Source: Ruditapes philippinarum (lineage: Eukaryota). From it: 64,000 nt of DNA. A program made the translations under genes and the position numbers. Shown here piece by piece: positions 1 through 15,533 of this stretch. Numbering within the stretch: position 1 is the stretch's first letter; each line of letters starts with the position of its first letter. The notes below the pieces were generated by a model that was not told the DNA's origin, did no database searches, and worked only from the letters and a program-made list of their open reading frames with translations. Location of the stretch: positions 126,256 to 190,255 of the forward strand of contig NW_026852812.1 in NCBI RefSeq assembly GCF_026571515.1, read 5' to 3'.

Positions 1-738
1 GCTTTTGTCTGTTTCCCAAATAAACTAGTTCTAATAGGCAGTTCAACTAATTACTATCTTGATTTTTCTACAAGAGAATGATGGACATTTTTTGAACTAG
101 AAAAATAATGCAGTACCCATTACCAATTCAACAATCAATTAATATTCAAAAACTTTAATTATAAGTGACTCTATCAATCTGTGTCTAAAATTTATCTCAG
201 TTCTCCAATGAAAGATAAACACTATACTTTAGAATATCTGTACAGAGAATTCTGTATGCAATACTTTCACTAACATATTAAAAAGTCTTAAGTTCTGGAG
301 CATGAGCAAATTATAGACCATATAGTCCTGTTTATCATGTTTTTCCATTTCTTTTTCTGCTCATTTTAAGTCATATTTCGCCTATCAATCCACCATACTA
401 AAGATTACTAGGAAATTTTTCCAGCTTTATTTCACGCATCAGCCAACACTTAAGTAGAACCACTGAGATTCCATAAGCTAGCTGGATAGCTCCCGCATAT
501 GAAAGAATCCAAAGTGTCTGAATTTATGAAAACTGTGTTGAAATTGCAAGCATGACAATAAGCTAAATGAATCAGAAATATCAGCGACACTTAGATATTG
601 TAAAAAGACATCACACATATAATTTATATCAGACGCCAGTGATACACAGAATCACAAATCAGTTACGTCACATTTTTTTATAAGTGACATTGTATGATAA
701 GATATCTAATATACTTATCTAGTTATATCACCTTATCA

Positions 739-990
<252 letters not shown>

Positions 991-1606
991 TTAAAATCAA
1001 AATAAACAGTGTATCTAACCCTGTAATTTATACCATGGAAGGGAATTCAAATGGGTTCTATAATTAAAACAAATCTATTATCAATGTGGTGAAAAATAGC
1101 TATTTTTAAATTAATCCAGGACTCAGTGATTTTTTTTCCTGTATTTTACAGCTTCCCCTAGCTCAAAATAGGTATATTTTCCCCTAAAAAAGCTAGTATT
1201 TTCCCCTGAAATGCCCTGTGCACTTCTTCACCAGAACAATGACTTAACAGCATCTGACTTAATATATCAGCTAGAAGACAGAAAGCTGTCCCTATAGCCT
1301 CTGCTATGTACCATGTATGTTAAATTGAATTGAAATTGAAAACTTTATAAAATTTGTGGGCAAGTTCCATTCTCAGTTGTTGGAATTCCATTTTCCTCTT
1401 TTCTGATTTATCGCACTTTATTTTCCCCTTTAGAAAGCCACAGGTTGTCTTGAAAATTGGAAAAAAATCACTGCAGGTCCTTTTTCAGGATTTTTTGGTC
1501 TAGTTAAATGTTAGCTAATTGGTGTTGCTCAATATATTTGTTTTTCTATCTACACAGTAGAATAGAAAATTTTAGTTATAAATGTGCAAATCTAGTTGTT
1601 AATCTA

Positions 1607-1813
<207 letters not shown>

Positions 1814-2689
1814 CTACTGTTTTAAAATAAATATTTACGAAAATTGTCCATGACTAAAATACTCGCAATAAAGAAACACCTTTAACCAAATGCAATTGCA
1901 CTGTTCCTGTTATTTCCGAGTATCAAAGCATTTGTTAAGGTATAAACAGTCACAAATCATCACATTAGTGAAATTACTGGTTAACTCCAAATAAATTTAA
2001 AAGGACTTAATCTGTTACTGCACTAAGGTGACAAAATATTCAAGATTTACCAAAACTGCAATTCCAAAAGATTGTTGCAAAAGATGCTGTATCATAATTA
2101 AACAAAGCATCACCATTTCTGTCTCCTAATAAGTCTTGTAAATGAAATACAACTAATGCTTTTTTTTTTCCTAAGTAAACTTTTTACTGTCAAGCAACAA
2201 ATACATATTCATGCCATAACAATTTTGTTTCCAGCTATAACTGTAGACCTTGTACCTGATATAAAGAAGGACTTCTCTTCACAATTATTATTATTCATAT
2301 TATTTGTACATAATCTATATAGATGAAGTATTTTTGCTTCTTTTTCCTTGTTGGTAATTGATATAATGATATTGAATTAGAATTTAGTCAAAATACTACT
2401 TTGTTTACATTTTGCTTTCTTTACAACACATTACTACACATTCAGCACTACTTTCTCCAGCTGTTTAACATGCTCTTAATCCATTATTAAAACATTATTA
2501 AACACATGTTTGACATTTCTAAAGAATCTAATAAATGTAGATTTCTAAGGCATAATGTGCCTTTAATGCCAGTAGAACCACCAACTTCGAGTAAGTTATA
2601 TGGATACCTTGCAGACATTAAAGAATTAAAAGTCCTTCACCCCTGATTCAAAAACAAACACATGTGATAGACATATGATTCAAAGCCAG

Positions 2690-3217
<528 letters not shown>

Positions 3218-3490
3218 TCATGGGAAAAAAAACAAATTCGTGTATTCCACTAATAACGGCCAATTTCTCAACAAAAGCTACAGCAAAGATCAATCTGCAT
3301 ATTGTCATCTACTAAGTCATTTCAAGAAGCATCAAGATCTTGTAAGTGTAACTTGTGCTTGAAAAATATCAGATACAGTTACTCAACATTTATAAAGAAA
3401 GCGGTGAAAACATCATTCCCTAGGTCTTACATTTTATTGATATTAGATTGATCATTTCTGAAATATGTTGCAAATCATCATAACTAATCA

Positions 3491-3868
<378 letters not shown>

Positions 3869-4511
3869 TTAGAAATGACTATATTTCTTTTTGTTACAAT
3901 TTCAAGGATAACTTGTACAAAACTCTACATGTTAATGCAGCAAGTTGTCTCCCTTTCTTCATAATACTATTAACAAGCCGACAGTCCTGACTGCAATACT
4001 AAAACCTGGTATAAAAAATTTATATGACAAAATAATCATCATTTTCAAAACATGAATAAGACAATAAGAAACATGAAATAAATTTTTGCACTGATACAAT
4101 TTTTTCCCTCCTACCTTTATTTCTTGTGATGATGAGTAAAGAAGGTTTCACATTTCTTATAATCATTAATGGTAACAGGTTACAGGTTAATAACCTGTCA
4201 TGCTGTCATAAAGAAGAAAAAATACATTTTGCTTTAGCTAGAGCTAGGCCCTTAGACAGCAGTAGCCTGGGACTTCCCAGTACCGTCCATAAACAAAATC
4301 AAACCAGGCCTGCAACATTTTCAATTTTACCCTTTTGAAGTCATATGCCACAGTAAAAAGGTTCTCCTGTTGTACTTGCAGGTTGTGTACGAATGCAAAA
4401 CTCCTGATTATAACCTTTTCAACTTTAACTACAGATTCATGAATTGTATCTTTTTTGAATTGTTGAAGCCCAACTTTTAATTTGGTAATGTCCATAGTTA
4501 ATTTTTTTTCA

Positions 4512-4784
<273 letters not shown>

Positions 4785-4959
4785 TTAAAACATTTGACAA
4801 AAATTTATTGTCTCATACTAGGTTGTCAGCTTGTTATATCATCATCAGTCTGTGACATGAAATGGTCCCTTTTAACTTGTGATGTATTACATTCAGCATA
4901 CTGTAAACTATTAATTAATGTATGACACAAAAGTTCCCAACAGTGTGTAACATTGTTAA

Positions 4960-5300
4960 AAATCATGAACAGTGTGTGACACAAATGTCATGACGAGCGT
5001 GACACAAATGTCATGAGTGTGACACAAATGTCATGACTAGTGTTACAAAAATGTTATGAACAGTGTATGACACAAATGTCATGATGAGTGTGACACAAAT
5101 GTCATGACTAGTGTGACACAAATGTCATGATGAGTGTGACACAAATGTCATGATGAGTGTGACACATATGTCATGACTAGTGTGTAACACAAATGTTGTG
5201 ACCTGTGTGACACATGTCATGATCAATATGTGACTCACATGTCAAAACCCATGTGTAACACATAATGTCATGACCAGTATGTGACACAAAGGTATCCCAA
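4960..5300. repeat. Tandem repeat of about 29 bp, gtgtgacacaaatgtcatga(c/t)(t/g)agt, in about 11 copies within a CtBP intron.
   Basis: Seen directly in the sequence. Confidence 0.9.
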
Positions 5301-6341
5301 AAAAGGTTTTCTTTTGCACAATTTTTTTTAAAGACAAGTGTTTTGATATCAACAAATTTAACCACTCAGCCACAGACAAACTTTGACACAGGTGAACCAC
5401 AGTCCTTTAACTGGCCAGCTTAGGTAACTTCACACCATAGAAAGGTATAACTTTTAACACAATACTGACAGCATGGACACACAAGCTGGCCTGGTTTTAT
5501 TCTATCATCATTACTACAAGTATTGCTACTTGTATGCAACATGTTACATTTGCTTATCTAATTTTCCTCAAGTGTTAAAATATTTTTTTTTTAAGTGTGA
5601 AAATAATTACTGGTTATTCTTACATATTGATAAAGGCTTTTAAAGCTACAATTTTTTCTATTTACATGCCAGTGAATATACTTTGTTAAAAGGTACATAC
5701 AATAAGAAAATTATCAATTGAAGGAATCGTGAGGTATTCTTCTATGTAATATTGGAAATTTTTTTTTATCGAAGTTTAATACTGTATCAACAAAACTGTT
5801 TTAAAAATACATTAATATAAGAGTATAAACAGATCTTAACATTTGACAAGCTATACTACAATGTAATTTAAAAGACAGAACAAAGTATAGCATCACTGGT
5901 GATATGTGAAACTTAAGAACAAAGACAATAGCTATTTAAAACTAAAGTTTAACATGACAGATCAAAAGTTATTACCACCTGAGGCAGGAAAAGGCTCGGA
6001 AAAAAGTTCATGCAATTTGAGAGCACAAGAATTCAAATTTCTTTATTTTATTGGAATAATTTAACTGAAGAAAGTGGGTTCTTTGTAAACAAACACTTGA
6101 AATACATTGCTCACTTCTGCTCACCTATTTCTGATAGTTTGAGATGTGATAATGTATAGTATTGCTCTTCACAAATCTACGTAATGCTGACGTGCAAAGG
6201 ATGCAAATATTAACACTTGGAGTACATCACCTTTCTTCCAAATATATCTAATTTCTCTCATCCCCACCTAGTGATAACATCTATGTGATATTCACTAAAT
6301 AGCTCTTAGCAGAAAAGACTTCAAGTTTCATTGTATCCTCA

Positions 6342-6653
<312 letters not shown>

Positions 6654-6972
6654 TTATTATAACAAAATCAAAAACATATAAAATAATGACAAATAACACA
6701 ATCTTTTTAAAACAATATCATAAAGTTTTCACCCTATCATTTAGATTAGTGTATTACTTCTTAAGAAACTAAACAAAGTTTGATAAATGAATGTTTAATG
6801 TGGGGTAAAGCTTTTAAAAAGTTGGCAAATTCAATTAAACCAGAAGTAAGAGTAATGGATAAGTTATATCTTTTTAGACAATGAGACTTTGGGTTTGAGC
6901 TCACTCAACAATAACACTGAATATCAAAGACTGACCATTTCATAGATCTAAGTAAAGACTATAAGAATTTAC

Positions 6973-7093
6973 ACTGTCTGCCAGTACAGACCGGAATATC
7001 TAGCTCAAGGGTATTTGTTAAAGGTGGTAAGAGGCTCTGCCGAGTTTCCGCTAAACAGTTACCAGAGAGCTAGATATTCCTGTCTGTACCGAC
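6973..7093. repeat. Imperfect inverted repeat with arms of about 30 bp and a spacer of about 60 bp.
   Basis: The arm gtacagaccggaatatctagctc pairs with gagctagatattcctgtctgtac. It lies between the CtBP exon and the CRE cluster. Confidence 0.6.
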
Positions 7094-7229
7094 AGCCGGT
7101 GTTTGATTCTTTTTCTTGTATATTACATATCAATTATTTTCAGAACAGAAATTACGTAAAATAAAATTCTCATTATGCATTTTTTCTTATAGTAGCTTCT
7201 GAACTTACAAATTCATTCATAATGGTAAA

Positions 7230-7284
7230 TGACGTCATCCTAAGAATGCAATTCATTTATAAATGACGTGGGGCAATGACGTCA
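7230..7284. promoter_or_regulatory. Cluster of two full palindromic CRE sites (TGACGTCA) plus one half-site (TGACGTG). This is a candidate promoter or enhancer.
   Basis: aaaTGACGTCAtcc at 7230-7237, aaaTGACGTGggg at about 7264, and caaTGACGTCAttt at 7277-7284. The cluster lies about 600 bp 5' of the CtBP exon that ends at 6628 on the minus strand. Confidence 0.4.
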
Positions 7285-7870
7285 TTTAAAGCACGCTAAA
7301 TTGTCTTACATGGGGGGTGCAAGACAGGTTTTTCTAGCACTGGTGTAAACGGTAGATAATCCTGTTTGATATGCAAGAATATAAATTGTACACATACTAT
7401 TATGTCTTTCATTAAAAAAAAACTCACTTAATAAGATAATCTTCACATCGTAAACCTACTTATAATTAAAATGATATGCAGGGTCACATACAACTAAAGA
7501 ACAAATGTACTAACAAGTTACAAATACCTAATTACTCTCATAATAACTTTTTTTTGTTAATCTTAATAATTATTTTTACATTTCCCCCTTATCAAACATA
7601 TATTGCATATTGTGTACTTAACAACTCGATTTTATATCCTTTTGTTATCATATTTATTTCCTAATTAGATTATACTCATCATTTAAAGTTACAAGACCAA
7701 TACATGTACTTCAGTTTAGGATATGACTTAACCATCAACCTGCTAGACATGAAGGTCACAAGCCTTTGCCACCAGTATAGAACTATGCTTACTACAAATG
7801 TGTGCAATCTGACCAGGCTCTGTACTGGTAATAGCTCAATTCTTGTATTTTGATAATAAATCCTTTTAAC

Positions 7871-7935
7871 TTTGAATGGACTGTTCCAAATTCAAAGCTG
7901 GGCAAACCCATTACACAAATAAAAGCAGGTTAAGG
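7871..7935. repeat. Dispersed repeat family D, a roughly 65-bp segment also present at 36870-36935.
   Basis: gactgttccaaattcaaagctgggcaaacccattacacaaataaaagcaggttaaggcag compared with gactgttccggattcaaagcttggcaaatccattacacaaattcagtaggtaaagggtt. Confidence 0.6.
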
Positions 7936-8034
7936 CAGTGGTTGCTTGTACTGAATTTTTGTTCAATTAAAACAATTTTCAAAGTTAATTTAAGTCAGAT
8001 TATTATCAAAGTCTAAATAGACTGATACATTGTT

Positions 8035-8470
8035 TTGTGCATTGTATAGTCAGGTCAGACTAATACATTGTTCTGTTAATTGAGCTGATACATTGTTCTG
8101 TGCATTGTGTTCTCTGGTCAGACTGTTACATTGTTCTGTGCATTGTGCTGTCTGGTCAGACTGATACATTGTTTTGTGCATTGTGTTACTGGTCAGACTG
8201 ATACATTGTTCTGTGCATTGTGTTGCCTGGCAGACTGATACATTGTTCTGTGCATTGTGTTGTCTGGTCAGACTGATACATTGTTCTGTGCATTGTCTTG
8301 TCTGGTCAGACTGTTACATTGTTCTGTGCATTATGTTATCTGGTCAAACTGATACATTGTTCTGTGCATTGTGTTGTCTGGTCAGACTGTTACATTGTTC
8401 TGTGCATTGTGTTGCCTGGTCAGACTGATACATTGTTCTGTGCATAAAGTATAGTCTGTCAGACTGATAC
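8035..8470. repeat. Tandem repeat of about 36 bp, gtcagactgatacattgttctgtgcattgtgttgtctg, in about 12 copies.
   Basis: Seen directly in the sequence. ORF 8174..8428 is an artefact. Confidence 0.9.
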
Positions 8471-11400
8471 ATACATAAGAAACAGTTACCACTTGCTTAG
8501 TTTAATCAAATTCTTAAAAATTAAAAGAGCAATAAAAGAAAAGGGCAATACTATTTGCTTTTGCTGACATAACTCCAATGCTGACATAAATCCAAATTAA
8601 AGTGTTACAAAAACTTACTAGTGGCTGGCACGTCTAATCTCGGTCTCTTCACTGCTTGAAACGTTTTGCCGTTTTCCATGAAGCGTGGAGTCACCTCCAC
8701 TCAGTTATATATGTAAACCAGAGTCACTGCACTTCTGAGCACTAAAGTTACACAACCTGAAAGTAACAACATTTACATATAAATGGACTTTTCCAACAGT
8801 GTATTGCCTTGGCATAGGGTATCAGGATAGCGTTACCTTGAAATAATTTAAAGTCCATTGCTGGATTCAAGTAGAGCAGATTTGAAATTGGTGAATTAAG
8901 CCACTCAGACACAGAGATTAAATTGCTACAGCATTAACAAGATACAAGTCAGTGACCTAGTTTTTATTTCAAATGACCTATTATTCAAACCTGAACCTAT
9001 ATCATCAATAAAAAGATAATCAATTTTAATGTCACCACAATATTTCTTAAATACTATCACATTAAACACTGACCCCCTTTTTTTTGACCTCGTATATCTT
9101 ACAGTCAACCTTGACACAGATATTCTCCAGACAAAAATATTTTCAGCATGTTTAAAGAAGGACCAGATCAAAAATTTCTGAAGTGTTCACAAGGCTTTTC
9201 ATTGCATGGGCCTTATGAATTTCCTTTAAAACTTTAACCAGTCTTATCTGAACATAACATAGAAATATCATGATTGACACAAATATTGTAGTATTGAGTG
9301 ACTAATGAGTGATTTTAGCCAGTACCATGATTTTTTATATTTAAACTTCACCTAGAAATAATTAATGCAAAATGCTCACAAGATTTAAGTAAGAATTGAT
9401 TAAAAGTTTTTAAATAAAAAATTTTATTATGTATTACAAAAAATTCTAGAGTACTTTTCAATGATCTTTTTTTTTTTCAAAATTTATTTCAGATTTTAAA
9501 ACTTAGGGGGAAGATAAAGTTTATACATGCTGATTATCCCCCTCCCAACACAAGCCTACACAACAAAACCTGACTTTTTTAATATCTTTAAAACCAGTTG
9601 GCTCTGCAAAATGTCATGCCCATGTATAACAAATAATTTTCACCCAATATCTCAAAATGACAAGATTTACAGTATGGGATATACAGCCTGATTCAACACA
9701 GCATCTCTGTCTGATGTAACATATTCCAAATACAACACATCTAATCAATTGTCTACTAAAGCTTCCTAGAGAGTGGTGGTTTTTTTTTGCTTTTCACAAA
9801 ATGTGATAATAAATTTTGCAAACAATTATGCACTATTTGTGTGAGCAGAGCTGCTTTCTATCAGATGTACAGTCTTTTCTAAACTGTACCTCTTTGAAAC
9901 CTGCTCATGGATAACAGAATTTACCTGTGTTATTTCCTCTCTCCAAACATTTATAAATCACTACATCAGACCAGATGGTATTATTACATGTATATTGAAA
10001 TAACTTACAAATCCATGTTCTCGCTGAAAAACAACATCTTCTTCAAGAAATTTGTAAAAAAAAATTTCATTGCTAGGGTGGGATTTTAATTCTATGTCAC
10101 ATTTAATAAGTTTTGCTGCTTATTTTCCAAAAACATTCCAAAGATTTAAAAATTCTATTAGTCCGCTGCATTAAAGAGAACTCGATGGATGAGTGACTCT
10201 GAAAATATTTTTCGATGCCTGCATTCCTTGCCAGAGAAAATGTGAAAAAAAATTCAGCTCAGAATGATATAAATTTTATTTTGTTAATTCATCAGCAATA
10301 ACCATCTATGTACTAAAAACTTTCATCATATTCTTCCTATCAGATTGTTTATCTTTTAACTATACAATTATTAAACTGTCATTATGTTATGCAAAGCATA
10401 CATTTTATATATTATAATTCATATCCCCCCCCATTTGCCCTATAGACATAAAATATTTACACTGTTAAACTACACACTACCACTTTATGCACAATATTAA
10501 CACGAGCTCATTTTTAGTAGCGAATATCATTATTACAAGGTTACGCTTAAATCGAAAACGAACATTTCCACAAATACATACATGAGGTATTTATTGTTTG
10601 ACCTACAAACTTGCACACTTGTCGCATTTTCCGCTTTACTGCAGTTTCATATATCACAAACAAGATAAAGAAAATAAAACATGTACGGACAATGAATGGT
10701 TTACCTCGCTAACATTAACAGCTTATTGCATGTAACATTTTACTATCTGTTGCAATGCGGTTAAATAACCGATAACTCGGTATTTATTTACATTAATATC
10801 ACCATGTATAAGCCATCGACTAAATCAATAGAGCATTTATCTAACAGAAGTGTAAGGCACTTCACGTAACTAAAGAAAAGAACCAATAAAAGCAAATAAC
10901 CTTTACTAAATTTCTCATTGTTAAACGTCTCTCTCATGTATCTCAAACTTGGTCAATACACATGTACAATTTCCGATCAGATGTTTTTGAAAGACAAGCT
11001 TACAACCGATGCGATGCGGCTGTAAAAATCAATATTCATACACAGTGATAACTGACTTAATGTTTCTAACCGTCTGTGAAAATGACCTCATGCAGTACAA
11101 GGAAAATTCACGCCCTAATAATACAGAAAAGAATTTTCATTTTTGATCGCAAACAGATTTACAATGACAACATTGTTTCCATCTAAAATGATAAAATTTA
11201 ACAGTGTTTAAATTCACTCTGTAATGGCGGTAAAAACATTCTATCAACCTAATTGTTACCGTGTATAAATAGATAAATAGGGGGAGAAAAAATAATAAAC
11301 AGATCTGTATTTAAAATGGCATTCTGATCTATTGAATACTTGTACTTTTAAATCCATCTTACAGCTATGATATTGTTTTCAATGAAGTCTTTTGATACAG

Positions 11401-12369
11401 TGATATCAGAGAAAGATATTTACCTGTTGTCTTGCACTGAGATGACAGCTAAGGAGAAGGTGGTTTCCCTAGGGTACCAATGTCATTATGGTAGGAGACA
11501 TAGTTACTACATTGTTCTGGTCCTGAAAGAAGAACAAAATCATATGTTTAATATTCCTGAATTTATGTTATAGACAGACCCTTACCACACTAATTATCTT
11601 AAATGGACTTGTCCATCTTACTATCTGGACAAAACCATTTATCAAGTGAAGGGGAATTTTCACTAGCTGAAATAGTGAAAATCACGATCAGACGGCACAG
11701 GGTGCATGTGTAGAATCACTTGCCACCGATGACAATATAAAAATTCTCAATAACCCAGTAAAGTACTTTCACATCCCCCCCATTTTTTTTTTAAAACTTG
11801 CTCTTTCCTAAACCAAAAACTATACAAATTTCATTAACATAAATTTCCTTGTAATTAAATCCACTTGTACTAGTAGTTGTACACCAATTTTCTGCTTTTC
11901 ATTATATTTCTTTTTCTGTCATCATAAGCAACCTTGCTCACAATTTTAACATTTAACTTAGTTAAATATATTACTATCATTCTGCTTAATTTAAATATTT
12001 TATTTCAGTTTTCCTCACAAAATGTTTTTTTTTTATCAAAAACATCTCTAAGCTTCACAATATCATTTCTTTTTTTAATCGATGATCCAATATACATGGC
12101 CATGTCTAATTCATATCCCAAATAAACTTCACAGAAACCATCATTTATATCCCTAAAGCTCACAGCAGTCTTTTACAACTGGTGATGTCCCCCAGCAGAG
12201 AAATGTATCATCTGGCATGGACTAATATTTGTCAAGAATAAACATTCATTCATTTTCTTCAGATATCTACCCAGAAGTAAACATTTCATCAACATTCAGA
12301 ATCCATTCATAACTGAATCACCTGCTTGTATCAATAAAAAACAGAAGTAATTTGTATTCATTCAAGTCA

Positions 12370-12750
12370 AATGATGGTATCCATAAAGAACTTTAAATAA
12401 TTTTTGATGGTATCCATAAAGAACTTTAAATAATTTTATCAGGAAAAGCACTGGAAATTCAGTCAAATACTGGTATCCATAAAGAACTTTAAATAATTTT
12501 ATCAGGAAAAGCACTGGAAATTCAGTCAAATACTGGTATCCATAAAGAACTTTAAATAATTTTATCAGGAAAAGCACTGGAAATTCAGTCAAATACTGGT
12601 ATCCATAAAGAACTTTAAATAATTTTATCAGGAAAAGCACTGGAAATTCAGTCAAATACTGGTATCCATAAAGAACTTTAAATAATTTTATCAGGAAAAG
12701 CACTGGAAATTCAGTCAAATACTGGTATCCATAAAGAATTGTCAACTTGT
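12370..12750. repeat. Tandem repeat with a 63-bp unit in about 6 copies, followed by a degenerate older array to about 13110.
   Basis: The unit is tatccataaagaactttaaataattttatcaggaaaagcactggaaattcagtcaaatactgg. ORF 12362..12745(-) is an artefact. Degenerate (c/t)ataaagaa units continue 3' of the array. Confidence 0.9.
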
Positions 12751-15296
12751 CCAGTGGCTGTCATCTCCTGGTAACATCAAAGAACCAAACATCAAATTCA
12801 GAATTATGTTATTCGCTGGTAGTCATAAAGAAACTTCAAAATTTCAAGTCAAAGTCAGTTATCTACTGGTGTTCATAAAGAACCAAGCAAAGAATTAAAA
12901 GTTCAGTAAAATTCTAGCATCAATAAAGAATCAAACTTCACGCATGAATATTGTAGTTTTCATAAAGAACAAAATATCAGAATTCAGTAGGTGTTGTTTT
13001 TTTTGCTGCCAGCATCAATAAAGAAACTTTATAACCCATAAAGAAGCAACCATCAAATTAATAGCTTTAATAAAATCCTCCTTTGATATCCATTAAGAAC
13101 ATTTTCACTATATGAAATATCCATCACTATTTACTCCATTGAGAGGAAACTTAACAATCAAATCAGTTGTTGTTATTCATTTATGTCCAGATTTAAATAG
13201 TTCTTTAAATCTTTCCTTCTTTTATAATCTAACTGGCAACTGGCATGCAACTGTCATAATTACTTCACCTTTGATATCACAAACCCAAACTTTAAATACC
13301 TACCTGTGTTCTTTTTAAATAAACAATTCAAAGCACATTTTCAGTCAAACAAGTTAAAAGAGTACATCTTAATTCCAAACAGTTCAGAATATAAATTATT
13401 AATCAATATCATACAACTTCAATGTACCAACACAAAGGTTTTCCAAAGTAAAGACAAGGTTAATGTACTAAGGCTTTATATATACATGTATATATATGTT
13501 TAAGTTTAGATTTACAACTATATTATAATGTACATGAGAATATTATATTGATGTAATATCAGTATCAGTTGACATGATTTTCAGCTAACTACCTGATAAC
13601 GAAGGCAAAGGAGATAAAGGCGGACACTTTATATATCAATAGATTCCACTTGCTAAATATTTAACTATAATTCAGCTAGTCCTTCCTATAATCCAATACA
13701 AAACCAATTTGCCAAAATATCCTCAGCTATAAATAGCCTGTAATCTAATATTCATTACACAAAGAATGCACACTCATTAAACAATGAAAAAGACAGGTTT
13801 AATACACGTTTTAACGGTAGTCATATATTGTGAAATGTTATTATGAATGACCTGCTATTATTCCCAGTTATTTTACACACACACGCTTTTCACCACAACA
13901 CAACTCTACACAAACACTTCCTAAATCACTGGCTATGACTTGTGCACCCACGCATGACTTAAATACTTCAAACAAGTTCACGATCAGGTTACTGTGCACT
14001 CAAAGAAAACATTATAGTGATACCATCGGACATGTACAAACAATCCTCATGTATAAACAGTACACACTCACAATCACCGCTGTTTCAACTGAGATAATCT
14101 CCCTAGTCATAAATGTTGGGGGCCCTCGTGTAAAATTTCAATACACACACGAAATCTGAAGATAATTTCACCAATCTGCACTGTAAAATGATACAATCTT
14201 GCCTGAGAGTGTTTTAAGTTTTTGTTCTCCATTCGTATAATTTAGCATTAACACAAGGGTTAAGAAATTCAAAATTACAATATTATAATCTGTTTGTTAA
14301 GCTCTATTTCATTTCAACCACTTAAATGAAAATGTTTATAAAATATAATGAATACAAAAAAAGAAAACATGATTAAAAGGAAAAAGAGAGCATAATGTAG
14401 CTACTGAATTATAGAATTAAACAAAAACTGATATATGTTTTTTGTTATTGGAAAAAAATTATCAAAGCAGTAAAAGTAAGTATAAACCAGTCTAGGCTAT
14501 AGACTATTGTGGTTCTACACAGGCTATTATAATCAAAGAATAATGTACTGGGGAATGCAATTTTTGAATTTTTAAAAATCAGTCATTGATACTGTTTTGC
14601 CTATCATAATGACACTTTTTGGGGATTTTTTTTTAAATCGGAGTGTATGAATAAGGAGGGGGTGGGGATGAAGATGCTACATTACAGTACTGCTCAGGGA
14701 ATCATTACTGCTGCAGTTTTTATTCTTGTGGCAAAGGATATATACATATTTAAAACAATTGTAACAAATGTTAACGAGGAGCCCCTTTCAACTAAATAAT
14801 CATAATCAACCACTAATTAATAACACAAATGAATGTGAGAACTTTGTATAAGTTTCTAATTATCCTTAAAATAGCTCAGTTTATACCAGCATAAAATACG
14901 CAAATTAAAAATTTCATTTTGCCATACTCTTTTTAAAGACAGCTCAGTAGATGACTAACACAGAAAACATTTACACAATAACACTGGTATAAAACCAGAC
15001 AGTAAAAACAAGTCGAATCTAAAGCTCAACCTCATGTACATAAATCAGACTTGCCGTCAGTTTCTAATGCTGTGAACTGTGTAATAATATTTAACGTAGC
15101 AGTTGTAGGCCTTGAAAAAAATCCATATTATAAAATATTATCTATATATTTTTTACTTTTATAACATATACAAGCAGACAGATCTTTAATTTATAAACAA
15201 GCAGCTGTAACAAAATACTCAATAATTACATTGAATTTTTTTTTCTGTACAAACATGTTTACAAATATAGACTGTATATATATATATATATATATG

Positions 15297-15533
15297 AAAT
15301 GAGCCGTGTCATGACAAAACCAACGTAGTGCGTTTGCGACCAGCATGGATCCAGACCAGCCTGCGCATCCGCGCAGTCTGATCAGGATCCATGCTTCTCT
15401 ACTTGCTATAGGGTTTGTAAACAAACAGCATGGATCCTGATCAGACTGCACTGATGCGCAGGCTGGTCTGGATCCATGCTGGTCGCAAACCCATTATGTT
15501 GGTTTTGTCGTGACGCGGCTCAAATAAAGATAA
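15297..15533. mobile_element. MITE of family A, about 240 bp, with long TIRs of the form tgagccgtgtcatgacaaaaccaac...gttggttttgtcgtgacgcggctca.
   Basis: The TIRs are near-perfect over about 70 bp and the element is foldback-like (ccagcatggatccagaccagcctgcgcatc... mirrored). Related copies lie at 48104-49680 and 56888-57128. ORF 15191..15451(-) is an artefact. Confidence 0.85.

Noticed and set aside
7203-7220. Minus-strand ATGAATGAATTT|gtaagt as the CtBP start exon.
   Set aside because: It has a perfect donor but ends in phase 0. The next CtBP exon, ..cag|TGGCTAGT.., requires an upstream exon ending in phase 1. Joining the two gives an immediate wrong frame and a stop.
8174-8428. ORF 8174..8428(+) of 84 aa, and similarly ORFs 12362..12745(-), 22062..22436(+), 21213..21419(+) and 2829..3044(+).
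   Set aside because: The peptides are periodic because they translate tandem DNA repeats with units of 36, 63, 38, 60 and 76 bp. There is no start context and no homology.
10480-11300. Moderately CpG-containing stretch considered as the CtBP first exon or promoter.
   Set aside because: No ORF with a CtBP N-terminus-like sequence (M..LLNKG..) followed by a phase-1 donor was found. A candidate ATGTTAGCGAG|gtaaac on the minus strand gives the wrong phase. This is left unassigned.
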